From a virus, in IMG/VR virus record IMGVR_UViG_3300049846_001316, positions 1-64,000 of that record: a DNA stretch of 64,000 nt, one strand, 5' to 3'. The notes beneath the pieces are model-generated. The model was not told the DNA's origin. It saw only the letters and a list, made by a program, of their open reading frames with translations, and did no database searches. Shown piece by piece: positions 1 to 9,081 of the stretch. Each line of letters starts with the position of its first letter. Within the stretch, counting starts at the first letter, position 1. A program made the translations under genes and the position numbers.

Positions 1-2
1 GT

Positions 3-146
3 GGACTAGTGCGCCTCGGTGGGCTCGGTCAGGCGCCCGCCCTCGGCGCGCCGCCCTCGGTCGGACTAGTGCGACGGGCGGCGGCGACTAGTGCGGTGCG
101 GTCCGCGCTAGCGGGCGCTAGCGGCGGCGGCGGGCGGGCACTAGTG
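3..146. repeat. Cluster of CTAG-core short repeats
   Basis: GGACTAGTGCG at 3-13 and 63-73, GACTAGTGCG at 86-95, ACTAGTG at 140-146, plus two GCTAGCG at about 107-123; no credible ORF here. Confidence 0.7.
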
Positions 147-1236
147 GCGTCGAGGCGGGCGACTTCGGGCGCCGAGTCCGAGCTCGCGGGTCACTTTTCG
201 CCGGCGGGGGCCGGCAGCCTCGAGCGCAATAGACCGGAAGCGATGTGAGTCGAAAATCGCTCGGCGTTCTCTCGTGCCTCTTTCTCTGAGAATCGAGCTC
301 CAGCTCGTCGTCTCGTCGTCGCTCGAGCACATCTTCTCGATGGGATGTTCTTGAGATCGTCTTGAAGAGTCTTGAAGTTCGCTAAGACGACGGATAGCAG
401 GATTGCACTCGGTGGAAACGACTTGATTCCGTCTGAAACCGCTTCACTTCCTGATGGGACCCATTGAGGACTCCCCGCATCCGAGTCAGATCACGCCGGA
501 ACCGTGAGAGCCGGCTCGAGGAGTGCTCGTGCAGCTCCTCGGGGGGGCAGGAGCTCCTCCCCACACTCAGCGTCCACTCACGGTCACTCCGGGGGCGGGG
601 GCGTGCTGGGGGGCCGTCTTGCCCCTCGGGGCGGGGTCGTTCGGCCCCGTGGCCGATTTCACCCAAGAGGGCGATTGGTGAGGGCTCCCTCGCGCGCGTA
701 CGCGCGTGCGCGCGCCTGCGCGTAATACACCCCCCTCGTATTCGTATTACATATCAAAGGGTCTGCACCTCACGTATAGAAACTACACTTCTCTAAACCG
801 TTGCACATCTCTGTTTCGTGGAGTTTCCCCGGCGTCATGTTGTGTGTAGTGCATATGTACGTCGATTGTGGGACCAGGGTATAGGGGAAAAAAACTGAGA
901 CACGACTATGACATTTCGGACAGCACCCTTTGCACGTTGCGCACCACTTGTCCGAAGCGCCGATGGAGCGCCGATCCGCCGAGGCGCTGACCCGTCGCCT
1001 GACGGAACGAGGGGTAAATGTCCCTCTTGGGCGCACCCGGCCGTGCCCAAGACGGAGTGCGCCTCGAGCAGCTCCGCCGGCGCCGGCACCTGGAGCTCGA
1101 GCAGCTCGTGCTGGGGGGCTCGGCATCTCCGCGGAGAGGAGAGCACCAACCAGTCGCCCGACTTGGGTGACCGGAGTCCCGTTGCGTCTGGGGCTCAAGT
1201 CGGAGTCAGAACGCGTACTGCCCCCAGGAGCCCTCC

Positions 1237-1284
1237 AGGGCAGCTCAGGGCAGTCAGTAGGGCAAGTAGTCCGATTGCCCTACT
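1237..1284. promoter_or_regulatory. Operator-like repeat array upstream of the sigma factor gene
   Basis: AGGGCA direct repeats at 1237, 1247 and 1259; perfect 10-bp inverted repeat AGTAGGGCAA(1256-1265)-9 bp-TTGCCCTACT(1275-1284). Confidence 0.55.
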
Positions 1285-1315
1285 TCTCGCCTAGGGCCGT
1301 GCCACGCTCTCTGGG

Positions 1316-1948
1316 ATGGCGCACCACCACCCGAAGCACCCCGGCAACTCGGTGATGGTCGAGGGCCGGCTCGTGAACTTGTTCGGGATGGCGACCGCGC
1401 TCATCAATCGGGAGTTCCCCCGGCTGGCGCCCGCCGGAGTCGAAGACGCGCTGGGCGATGCGCTCGAGGGCGCTGCTCGAGCACTTGCGCAGATCGAGCG
1501 GGGCGAGCACTCCGGGTACGAGGCGACGGTGTTCTTGTGGATGCGGATGCGCAGCTCGGTGAAGGACGGACTCCGCCGGCGGAACTTCCGGCGCAAGCAG
1601 CGCCACTACAAGCCGGGGCTCTCCACGTCGGAGATGCGCTACCACGCCGAGCGGCTCGCGGTGAAGATCGACCGGCTCCCCGACGTGCTGCACCCCGGCG
1701 ACCCGAGTGCCGACGCCGAGCTCGAGCAAGTCGAGCGGAGTGATGTGCTCGAGCGGCTGCCGGACCAGATCGCCAAGATCACTCACAGCAAGGAGATGGG
1801 TCAGATCGTCGCCTGGGTGCTCGAAGGAGTCGAGCATCAGGAGATCGCCCGCCGACTCGGAGTGAGCTACGCGACGATCTACAACCGGTTCCGGAGACTG
1901 GCCATGTCGCCCACCGTGCGGGCACTGCTCGAAGAAGCGTGCCGTTAG
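1316..1948 (+). CDS. ECF-type sigma-70 family RNA polymerase sigma factor
   Basis: Region-2-like EDALGDALEG...FLWMRMRSSVKDGLRR and region-4 HTH EGVEHQEIARRLGVSYATIYNRFRR; 210 aa. Confidence 0.8.
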   Translation: MAHHHPKHPGNSVMVEGRLVNLFGMATALINREFPRLAPAGVEDALGDALEGAARALAQIERGEHSGYEATVFLWMRMRSSVKDGLRRRNFRRKQRHYKPGLSTSEMRYHAERLAVKIDRLPDVLHPGDPSADAELEQVERSDVLERLPDQIAKITHSKEMGQIVAWVLEGVEHQEIARRLGVSYATIYNRFRRLAMSPTVRALLEEACR

Positions 1949-2007
1949 CCAGAAACACACGCATGTAGCTCGACACCGCGCGCCGGTCCCGTCATGATGG
2001 CGGGCCT

Positions 2008-2361
2008 ATGCGAGCCGACGTCAGCATCGAACTGCCCCTCGGCGTCAAGATCGGCAGCAACGTCCCCCTCAACATCGACCGGTCCAGCGGCACTGCTCAG
2101 GCGGAGGTCCAGCTCGTCCGGGCCGAACGCCACTGGGATGGTGGGAGCGTCAACGTCGGCCTCGAGATCGACGTCGACATCGAGATGATCTTCGGTAAGG
2201 ACTCCGGCGAGCGGGCTGGCCTCGGGATCATCGACATCTCGCTCAACCCGTCCGAGCACGAAGCGGCGGTCTACCAACTCGAGCAGTACGTGACCGTGCT
2301 GATCGGCAAGCTCAAGGAGCACGACATCGACGTGCCGCCGAAGGGGACGTACCGCCGGTGA
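2008..2361 (+). CDS. Hypothetical protein
   Basis: 117-aa ORF with phage-like codon usage; GTGA overlap with next gene; possible TCGACA-17-CATGAT promoter at 1970-1998. Confidence 0.7.
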   Translation: MRADVSIELPLGVKIGSNVPLNIDRSSGTAQAEVQLVRAERHWDGGSVNVGLEIDVDIEMIFGKDSGERAGLGIIDISLNPSEHEAAVYQLEQYVTVLIGKLKEHDIDVPPKGTYRR

Positions 2362-3614
2362 CCGAGTACACGTACACCACGGACGGCGATTCGCCGTCGA
2401 TCCCGTGCTCGACGTGCAAGGGGACCGGCGAGTTCCCGCTCCCGACCACGAGCGGCAAGACCAAGATGACCCACTGCGGCATGTGCAACGGCACCGGCCG
2501 GCAGCACCTCGGGGTGGCAGCGGAGTACAAGCCGTTGAAGCTCTCGCACGTCGAGCCGAAGGTCCCGGAGGTCAAGTACGTGAACCCGTGGTACTCCGGT
2601 GACACCCCCGCCTGGAACGAGATCGGGACCGATCACCCGTGCTACAACGCCACCGGCACCACCACCGAGTCCGAGTCGGTGGTGTTCGAGGCGCTCGCCC
2701 GGCAGTTCCAGTTCGAGGTCGGCACCGTCGCGCCGATGCACCTGATCGGCTGGACGTCACTCACCGGCTACGAAATGAAGAAGGACCAACCGCTCCTGTC
2801 CCGTCGTTCCAAGGACTCTGTGTGGGTGCCGGTGCTCTGGCACCTGCGAACCTGGGTCGACCGCAAGCAAGACCGGGACGAGGACAGCAACCTCGTGCTC
2901 CCGTGCGGATGCGACTCGACGGGTGCGTACCTCGACCTGTTCGACGGCGTGACCGACTTCGCTTGGCCGCACCACGACCTGTCGATCCGCGAGCGGCACC
3001 AGCTCGACGCACTCGCCCACCTGCATCACTGGGTGGTGCGCGCCGCCGAGGCGCACCCGGACGGCTCCGTGCAGGTGTACTGGCGCTGCGTCGACCAGTG
3101 CCCCCGGTGCAAGCTCTTCGACGACATGATCAACACGAAGGTCGCGAACAGCATCAAGGTCGGCCAGACGTTCTCGACGGACGGCATCGACGTCACCAAG
3201 GTGGGCGACGCGGTGCACAAGTTCACCAAGGCGATGGAGCCCGCGGCTGCCGGGGTCAAGGACATGCGCACCAGCATCGAGAAGTTGCTCGACGCGCTCA
3301 ACGGAAGCGACGTGGAACCGGACGGGGTGCCGTCTCGCGACGACCCGACCCCCGACGCCTCGGGCCTGCTCCCCTACAGGTACGGGAACGTCGCGTTCGA
3401 CCCGAAGGTCTACAAGCCGCTCATCTCTCCGGCCGGTCATGTCGAGTGGCCCGCGGCGATCACCGCCGCCGGTACCAGTTGGCACAACATCACTCCGGCC
3501 AACCCCTCGGTCGGGGACATCCGCATGACCGACGTCCCTGGCAAGATGGTTCCCGACTACGACGTGTGGGACGGCACGAAGTGGGTTCGCCTCAACATAG
3601 GAAAAGTGGACTGA
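2358..3614 (+). CDS. Hypothetical protein with N-terminal DnaJ-type zinc finger
   Basis: CSTCKGTG and CGMCNGTG (CxxCxGxG pair) plus further Cys motifs; coupled to both neighbours. Confidence 0.7.
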   Translation: MTEYTYTTDGDSPSIPCSTCKGTGEFPLPTTSGKTKMTHCGMCNGTGRQHLGVAAEYKPLKLSHVEPKVPEVKYVNPWYSGDTPAWNEIGTDHPCYNATGTTTESESVVFEALARQFQFEVGTVAPMHLIGWTSLTGYEMKKDQPLLSRRSKDSVWVPVLWHLRTWVDRKQDRDEDSNLVLPCGCDSTGAYLDLFDGVTDFAWPHHDLSIRERHQLDALAHLHHWVVRAAEAHPDGSVQVYWRCVDQCPRCKLFDDMINTKVANSIKVGQTFSTDGIDVTKVGDAVHKFTKAMEPAAAGVKDMRTSIEKLLDALNGSDVEPDGVPSRDDPTPDASGLLPYRYGNVAFDPKVYKPLISPAGHVEWPAAITAAGTSWHNITPANPSVGDIRMTDVPGKMVPDYDVWDGTKWVRLNIGKVD

Positions 3615-4342
3615 TGCCCAGAACACTCGTGTGGTTCAGCGCCGGCGCCGCATCGGCCGTCGCAGCCAAGCTCACCCTCGCGGAGACTCCGGACGCCGTG
3701 GTGGCGTACGTGAACCCCGGAAGTGAGCACCCCGACAACGAGCGGTTCCTCGACGACTGCGAGCAGTGGTTCGATCACGAGATCGTCCGCCTGCGGTCCG
3801 AGAAGTACCGCGACACGTGGCAGGTCTACGAGGAGCGTCGGTTCCTCGTCGGCCCGACCGGCGCACTCTGCACCGCCGAGCTCAAGAAGCGAGTGCGGTT
3901 CGCGTTCGAGCGTCCCGACGACATCCAGGTCTTCGGGTACACGAGCGAGGAAGTGCACCGCGCCGAGCGGTTCCGGGAGCAGAACCCCGGCGTCACGCTG
4001 GTGACCCCGCTCGTCGACCGGCTGCTCAAGAAGTCCGACTGCCTCGCCATCGTGCGGAGAGCCGGGATCGAGCTGCCCGAGATGTACAAGCTCGGTTACC
4101 ACAACAACAACTGCATCGGGTGCGTCAAGGGTGGCATCGGCTACTGGAACAAGATCCGTCGAGACTTCCCCGAGACGTTCGAGCGGATGGCCAAGCTCGA
4201 GCGCGAGATCGACCACGCTCTGCTCAAGGACTCGAACGGACCAATCTGGCTCGACGAGCTTGACCCGTCCCGCGGCACCATGGACGACTTGCGCATCGAC
4301 TGCTCGTTGCTGTGCCAGATCGCAGAGGACGAGATCCGTTGA
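3614..4342 (+). CDS. PAPS-reductase-like (PP-loop) phage protein
   Basis: ATG at 3614 overlaps the upstream TGA; WFSAGAASAVA PP-loop variant, EHPDNERFL, CTAELK, GYHNNNCIGCVKGGIGYWNKIRRDFP. Confidence 0.8.
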   Translation: MPRTLVWFSAGAASAVAAKLTLAETPDAVVAYVNPGSEHPDNERFLDDCEQWFDHEIVRLRSEKYRDTWQVYEERRFLVGPTGALCTAELKKRVRFAFERPDDIQVFGYTSEEVHRAERFREQNPGVTLVTPLVDRLLKKSDCLAIVRRAGIELPEMYKLGYHNNNCIGCVKGGIGYWNKIRRDFPETFERMAKLEREIDHALLKDSNGPIWLDELDPSRGTMDDLRIDCSLLCQIAEDEIR

Positions 4343-5712
4343 ACCTCGACATCTTCGCCGGAATCGGCGGCTGGGACATGGGCGCCGTGCTCGCAGAGAT
4401 CGACCCCCTCATCGGGATCGAGTTCGACAGCGCGCCGTGCCGTACTCGGGCTGCGGCCGAGCATCACACCATCCGTGCCGACGTGGCGCAGTACCGCGTC
4501 CCGCACCCGATCTTCGTGCTGACCGGCTCCCCGCCGTGTCAGGCGTTCTCGAAGGCCGGCAAGCGCAAGGGCATCCAAGACGTCAACCAAGTCTTCCAGA
4601 TCGTTCGGGACATCGAGAAGGGTCGCAAGACCAAGAACGTCGCCTGGAACGACGAGCGGAGTGCGCTCGTGCTCGAGCCACTCCGCTACATCTCGGAGGG
4701 GCACGCCACGTACGTCGCGCTCGAGCAAGTGCCGGAAGTGCTCCCGCTGTGGGACGCGTTCGCCATCGTGCTCCGCAAGTGGGGCTACGACGTGGTGACG
4801 GGGCTCTTGAACGCCGCCGACTACGGAGTGCCACAGACCCGGACCCGAGCGATCCTCTTGGCGCGCAAGCGCGAGCTCGGGCTCGGGCCACTCAGCCTGC
4901 CGGAGCCGACGCACGCCCGCGAGCCCCGCGCCGACTTCTTCGGCTCACGGGAGAAGTGGGTCAGCATGGCGGAGGCCCTCGGGTGGCTCGGTGAAGACGC
5001 ACCGGCCCGGACTCTGTGCGGGCACCGGCAGCCCCGGTGGCTGTACAACGACCCGGACGGCTCTCGTGGCCGCATCGTCGGAGTCGGATTCCCGCGCAAG
5101 GCCGACGACAACGGCCCTGCCGACGAGGACGGCTACCGGGCGCGCGACTGGCGCTCACCGGACCAGCCCGCGTTCACCCTCACCGAGAAGGCGCGGAGCT
5201 GGCGAGTCAACACCGGCCGGGACTGGAAGGCGGGCGGCTCCCGTGAGGACGCGCAGACCGTCCCGCTGGACGAGCCCGCCCCGACTCTGCCTGCGGCGAA
5301 GGGCGGTGCGTCGATCTGGAAGCTCGAAGAGATCCAGGCGCACGGCGCGTCGCGCGCCGAGGACGAGCCCGCCATGACCATCACCGCGAGCGCCGACAAC
5401 GGCAACTTCAAGTGGACTGAGGACCGGCCCGCCACCACCGTGGCGTGCGACCCGAGACTCTGGCCACCCGGCCACAAGGTCAACCAGAAGGACCGCGACC
5501 GTCACGGAGACGAAGCCGACGACATCTACGGCGACCGCGCCGGCCGCAACTCGTACAGCCTGCTCGTGGAAGAAGCTCTGGTACTCCAGAGCTTCCCGTG
5601 GAACTACCCCGTGCAGGGCACCAAGACCGAGAAGTTCCGAGGGATCGGCAACGCCATCCCGCCACTGCTCGCGGCGCACTGTCTCGCCGCCGTCCAAGGG
5701 AGAACCCTGTGA
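4339..5712 (+). CDS. DNA (cytosine-5)-methyltransferase
   Basis: Motif I DIFAGIGG, IV GSPPCQAFS, VI EQV, VIII YGVPQTRTR, IX/X QSFP...IGNAIPP; TTG start overlapping the upstream TGA. Confidence 0.93.
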   Translation: MNLDIFAGIGGWDMGAVLAEIDPLIGIEFDSAPCRTRAAAEHHTIRADVAQYRVPHPIFVLTGSPPCQAFSKAGKRKGIQDVNQVFQIVRDIEKGRKTKNVAWNDERSALVLEPLRYISEGHATYVALEQVPEVLPLWDAFAIVLRKWGYDVVTGLLNAADYGVPQTRTRAILLARKRELGLGPLSLPEPTHAREPRADFFGSREKWVSMAEALGWLGEDAPARTLCGHRQPRWLYNDPDGSRGRIVGVGFPRKADDNGPADEDGYRARDWRSPDQPAFTLTEKARSWRVNTGRDWKAGGSREDAQTVPLDEPAPTLPAAKGGASIWKLEEIQAHGASRAEDEPAMTITASADNGNFKWTEDRPATTVACDPRLWPPGHKVNQKDRDRHGDEADDIYGDRAGRNSYSLLVEEALVLQSFPWNYPVQGTKTEKFRGIGNAIPPLLAAHCLAAVQGRTL

Positions 5713-6035
5713 CTGACGACATGCACGAACTGCTCGACGAGCTGGACTTCGATCCGAGCTTCTGGCGGTTCACCGGCCACGACAGTGGCGACCAGACCGA
5801 GATCCGCAAGCGCATCATCGAGGCGCTCACTCTCCTCGAGATCACCGAAGGCGAGGACGAGCCCGACGACGATCGGGGCACCGAGTTCTCGCTCGACAGT
5901 CGGATGCTGGCGATTCTCCAGAGCGAGGTCGATGCCGACCAACTGGTCCTCACGATGCTCTACGTGATCCGTCGCCAGATGCAGGCGCTCAACGACACGC
6001 CCGAGGCGTGGGCGAAGCGGATGCTCGAGTCATGA
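5709..6035 (+). CDS. Hypothetical protein
   Basis: GTGA-coupled acidic ORF (VTDDMHELLDELDFDPS...). Confidence 0.65.
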   Translation: MTDDMHELLDELDFDPSFWRFTGHDSGDQTEIRKRIIEALTLLEITEGEDEPDDDRGTEFSLDSRMLAILQSEVDADQLVLTMLYVIRRQMQALNDTPEAWAKRMLES

Positions 6036-6340
6036 GCACCAAGCGACGACCGATCATGCCGCACGAAGTCATTTCCTCGGCGCCGATCAATCAGTGGGCG
6101 GTCGCCACCGTCGAGTTCAGGGTCGGGGAGACGTTCGGGCTCCCGGACGGGGCGATCCCCCTGAGCTTCTCCGCGATGGACGCGAAGAACAACCACTACA
6201 TCATGACGTTCATCGTGAAAGTGCCACAGTGCGGGACGTGCTACGACCAAGGCTGGATCCCCGATGGCTACGGAGACGCCGAACACCAGAACGACACGCG
6301 CCCGTGCCCGGACTGTGAACTCGGCAAGGAGTCCACGTGA
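6032..6340 (+). CDS. Hypothetical protein with C-terminal zinc finger
   Basis: ATGA-coupled; CGTCYDQG...CPDC. Confidence 0.65.
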   Translation: MSTKRRPIMPHEVISSAPINQWAVATVEFRVGETFGLPDGAIPLSFSAMDAKNNHYIMTFIVKVPQCGTCYDQGWIPDGYGDAEHQNDTRPCPDCELGKEST

Positions 6341-6600
6341 CCGACGCCAACATCACCCAAGCCGTCGAGTTCAAGATCAATGACCCGGCGTACGCTCCGT
6401 GGGTCATCCGGATCGCCCGCGATCGCGGGCTCTCGCGCGACGAGTCCCGTGAGGCGCTCGAGCTGCTTCGGGAGTGGCTGCGAGCCAACCACAACGTCCG
6501 TCTCAACCTGAGCCCGGTGCACCTAGGCTGGGCCATCAACGAGCTCGACTTCATCTGTGATCGCATCATCGACAACCGCGGAGGTCCCGGTGTTCACTAA
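6337..6600 (+). CDS. Hypothetical protein
   Basis: AAGGAG RBS, GTGA overlap, 87 aa. Confidence 0.65.
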   Translation: MTDANITQAVEFKINDPAYAPWVIRIARDRGLSRDESREALELLREWLRANHNVRLNLSPVHLGWAINELDFICDRIIDNRGGPGVH

Positions 6601-7531
6601 GAATCTGGTCGTTGGCCTGAACGCCGACTGGGACGACAACTCGCAGAGCTTCGCTGCCAAGACCGGTTTCCGGTCGGTGCGCGTCGGGTGGGAGCCGAAC
6701 TGGTCCCGGCCGCAACTCGAGGACATCATCACCCGCGCCGCGGCGAAGGGCTTGATCGTCGACCTCGAGATCGTCGCGACCAAGACCGCGTACGGTCGGT
6801 ACTACTCCGATCCGGGCGTGCGTGACCTCATCGCTTGGGCGGTGCCGAAGTTCCAACTGGGCTCGATCTCGTTCTTCAACGAGGGCAACCACCAGCCGTT
6901 CATCCAGAGCCCCGACCCGTACCAGTGGGCCGACGCCTGCGTCGAACTGCTCGACCTCGTGAAGAAGCTCCGGCCGAAGCTCGCGTGCGCGACGGGTGGG
7001 CTCTCGCCGGAGGCCGGCACGCTCACTCCGGTGGTGTTCCTGCGGGAGGGCATCCTTCACAACCACCGGTTGCTCGAGTTCGACGCGCTCGGGATGCACC
7101 CCTACGAGTTCCCGTACAACCCGCTCGACCCGAACCCGTGGAACTTCGTCCACCAGCTCGACGAGCTCCACCGGATCGTGGCGTACTGCCGCGCGGCCTA
7201 CCAAGTCCGGGCGACCGAGACGATGCCGTTCTGGCTGACCGAGTTCGGCGCGCCGTCCTACGGCACGCAGGAGGATCTGGCCCGGTACCCCGACGCGCCG
7301 TTCAAGTACAACGAAGCCGACCAAGCCAAGTGGGCGCTCTCCTACATCGAGGCGTTCGCCCGCTCGCAGGCGCTCATCGGTCGAGTGCACTGGTACTGCG
7401 ACCGGGACGGTGACCCCGGCACCGGCGCTTCGTGGGAGTCCCACGTTGGGCTCCGGCGTCAGGACGGCACTCCGAAGCCTGCCGCCGCGGTGATGCAGGC
7501 GTTCGCGTGGGGCCACCGGATGAAGAAGTAG
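6590..7531 (+). CDS. Clan GH-A glycoside hydrolase (GH5/GH39-like TIM barrel), no signal peptide
   Basis: GGAGG RBS then GTG at 6590; acid/base FNEGN, GMHPY, nucleophile WLTEFG, C-terminal GLRRQDGTPKPA. Confidence 0.85.
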   Translation: MFTKNLVVGLNADWDDNSQSFAAKTGFRSVRVGWEPNWSRPQLEDIITRAAAKGLIVDLEIVATKTAYGRYYSDPGVRDLIAWAVPKFQLGSISFFNEGNHQPFIQSPDPYQWADACVELLDLVKKLRPKLACATGGLSPEAGTLTPVVFLREGILHNHRLLEFDALGMHPYEFPYNPLDPNPWNFVHQLDELHRIVAYCRAAYQVRATETMPFWLTEFGAPSYGTQEDLARYPDAPFKYNEADQAKWALSYIEAFARSQALIGRVHWYCDRDGDPGTGASWESHVGLRRQDGTPKPAAAVMQAFAWGHRMKK

Positions 7532-7675
7532 ATGCACTCCCTCGACACAATCTTGCCGCATCGCCTCGTCAGCGTGAAGCTCGCTATCGAGAGCAACCTG
7601 CCGGGACCGGCGAGCCTGTGCACTCGATGCAAGCAGTTCAACCCGGTCGGGGCGTGCCGGGAGGTCCAGAAGTGA
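7532..7675 (+). CDS. Small hypothetical protein (47 aa, CxxC)
   Basis: ATG directly after the upstream stop; MHSLDTILPH...CTRCKQFNPVGAC; below the ORF-track cutoff. Confidence 0.4.
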   Translation: MHSLDTILPHRLVSVKLAIESNLPGPASLCTRCKQFNPVGACREVQK

Positions 7676-8037
7676 TCATCCTCATCTTCCTGCTGTTCCT
7701 GCTCCCGTTCGCACTCGCCAGTGCGGCGGTGATCCTCGTGTGCCTGCCCTTCGTGGCTGTGATCGGCTTCTTCGGTGGCGCGGTACGGGGCTTCCACGAG
7801 GGCAAGAACCACCACATCCAGAGTCGGGCGCGCAGAGTCGCTAGGGTGGGTCATTCGACCCAGGAGGACTCCGATGTCCCGATCCCTCAAGCGCCAAGTC
7901 CGGAAAACGACCCGGCGGACGCAACTGCTGGTTTCGTTCACCGTCGTGGTTGCCCTTCTCGGTATCAGCGTCGTTGCTCTTGCCACGACCTCCGGCACAA
8001 GTCAGAATCTCGTCGTCAAGTGCAGTCCGGGGACTGA
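7672..8037 (+). CDS. Possible small membrane protein
   Basis: GTGA-coupled strongly hydrophobic N-terminus (VIILIFLLFLLPFALASAAVILVCLPF), but 3' end overlaps the next gene by about 160 bp. Confidence 0.35.
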   Translation: MIILIFLLFLLPFALASAAVILVCLPFVAVIGFFGGAVRGFHEGKNHHIQSRARRVARVGHSTQEDSDVPIPQAPSPENDPADATAGFVHRRGCPSRYQRRCSCHDLRHKSESRRQVQSGD

Positions 8038-9028
8038 CACCCCGGTCGCTGACGGCCAGGGGGTCATCTCGTGCGTTTCCTCGACAAGCTCGTCGACCAC
8101 ATCGTCGACTTCCTCGAGCACGTCATCGACGTCTTCGAGCAGCACGTCATCAACGACACGCCCGACACTCCCGCCGCCAGCGACGTGCGGCCAACCGACC
8201 GCCCTGTCGATCGTTGGTGATCAGGGCACGTCGTTCTCGGGCTCCGTCCCGGCCCTGAAGTCGATCAACGCCTCGCAGGCGTCGTGGAAGCTGGTCAAGG
8301 TCGGGGACTACGCCGTCTCGGTGTTCAGCGCCAACCTCGGCTCGTGCTGGCGGGGTGGCCAGATCCTCGGCCGGGAGACGAACCCGCTCACCGCCAAGGA
8401 CCCGTGGACGACGTACCACTACCGCGCCGGGTACCGCTTCTCGCAGCCGCAGATGGCGGTCGAGGACGTCGAGTCGAGCTACTACGGCGACGCGTTCAAG
8501 CCCAAGGACGACGGTGGCGGGCACGCAACCGACTGGCTGCTCCGCCACGTGTACTCGGCACACGCCTACGACGACTGCATCGAGAATGACTACCTGCACG
8601 GCGGGCGAGTCGAGGACTCGCTACTGAACTGCTACGTCGGCTACTCCGCTCGAGCAAGTTCGAGCCAGGGGGATGCACCGGACGGAGTGGTCACCTTCGA
8701 CCGGGTGCTCATGCGTCTCGATCCTCAGGTGAACGTCTACAAGGGCACGACCCCTGGCACCGGTGGGTGGTTCAAGCTCAACGACACTTCGCCGGCGATG
8801 ACGCTCTGGAACTCGACGTTCGCGGCCGGGCAGCTCCCCAACCACCAGGACCTCAAACCGCCGTCGAAGCTCTTGGCGTGCAGCGGAGTGACGATCCTCT
8901 GGTACGGATCTGGTTCGTTCCCCGAGGCCGCGGCGTGGAAGTCAGCGTGCCCGGACGTGCGCATCGTCACTGGAGATGCCGCGAAGACCGAGTGGCTCAT
9001 GAAGGCTGTGACTTGGCTGGGTAGTTGA
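7874..9028 (+). CDS. Secreted or membrane-anchored protein with Ser/Thr linker and probable right-handed beta-helix (pectin-lyase-like) domain
   Basis: AGGAGG RBS; basic N-region and hydrophobic helix; SSTSSSTTSSTSSS linker; GDAFKPK...AYDDCIENDYLHGGRVEDSLL repeats. Confidence 0.7.
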   Translation: MSRSLKRQVRKTTRRTQLLVSFTVVVALLGISVVALATTSGTSQNLVVKCSPGTDTPVADGQGVISCVSSTSSSTTSSTSSSTSSTSSSSTSSTTRPTLPPPATCGQPTALSIVGDQGTSFSGSVPALKSINASQASWKLVKVGDYAVSVFSANLGSCWRGGQILGRETNPLTAKDPWTTYHYRAGYRFSQPQMAVEDVESSYYGDAFKPKDDGGGHATDWLLRHVYSAHAYDDCIENDYLHGGRVEDSLLNCYVGYSARASSSQGDAPDGVVTFDRVLMRLDPQVNVYKGTTPGTGGWFKLNDTSPAMTLWNSTFAAGQLPNHQDLKPPSKLLACSGVTILWYGSGSFPEAAAWKSACPDVRIVTGDAAKTEWLMKAVTWLGS

Positions 9029-9032
9029 CTCG

Positions 9033-9081
9033 CTGCCCCCCGAGTTTCTAGGGTTCCGCAAACCCAGAACTCGGGGGGCAG
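9033..9081 (+). terminator. Long GC hairpin after the beta-helix gene
   Basis: CTGCCCCCCGAGTT(9033-9046)/AACTCGGGGGGCAG(9068-9081) with inner GGGTT/AACCC; no U-tract. Confidence 0.55.

Noticed and set aside
9-1300. Short ORFs in the left-end region
   Set aside because: Low-complexity translations, no RBS and atypical codon usage; treated as non-coding.
2639-3613. Arg-rich N-terminal extension of the 567-aa ORF 2639-4342
   Set aside because: Overlaps 2358-3614 in another frame; the real gene starts at the coupled ATG at 3614.
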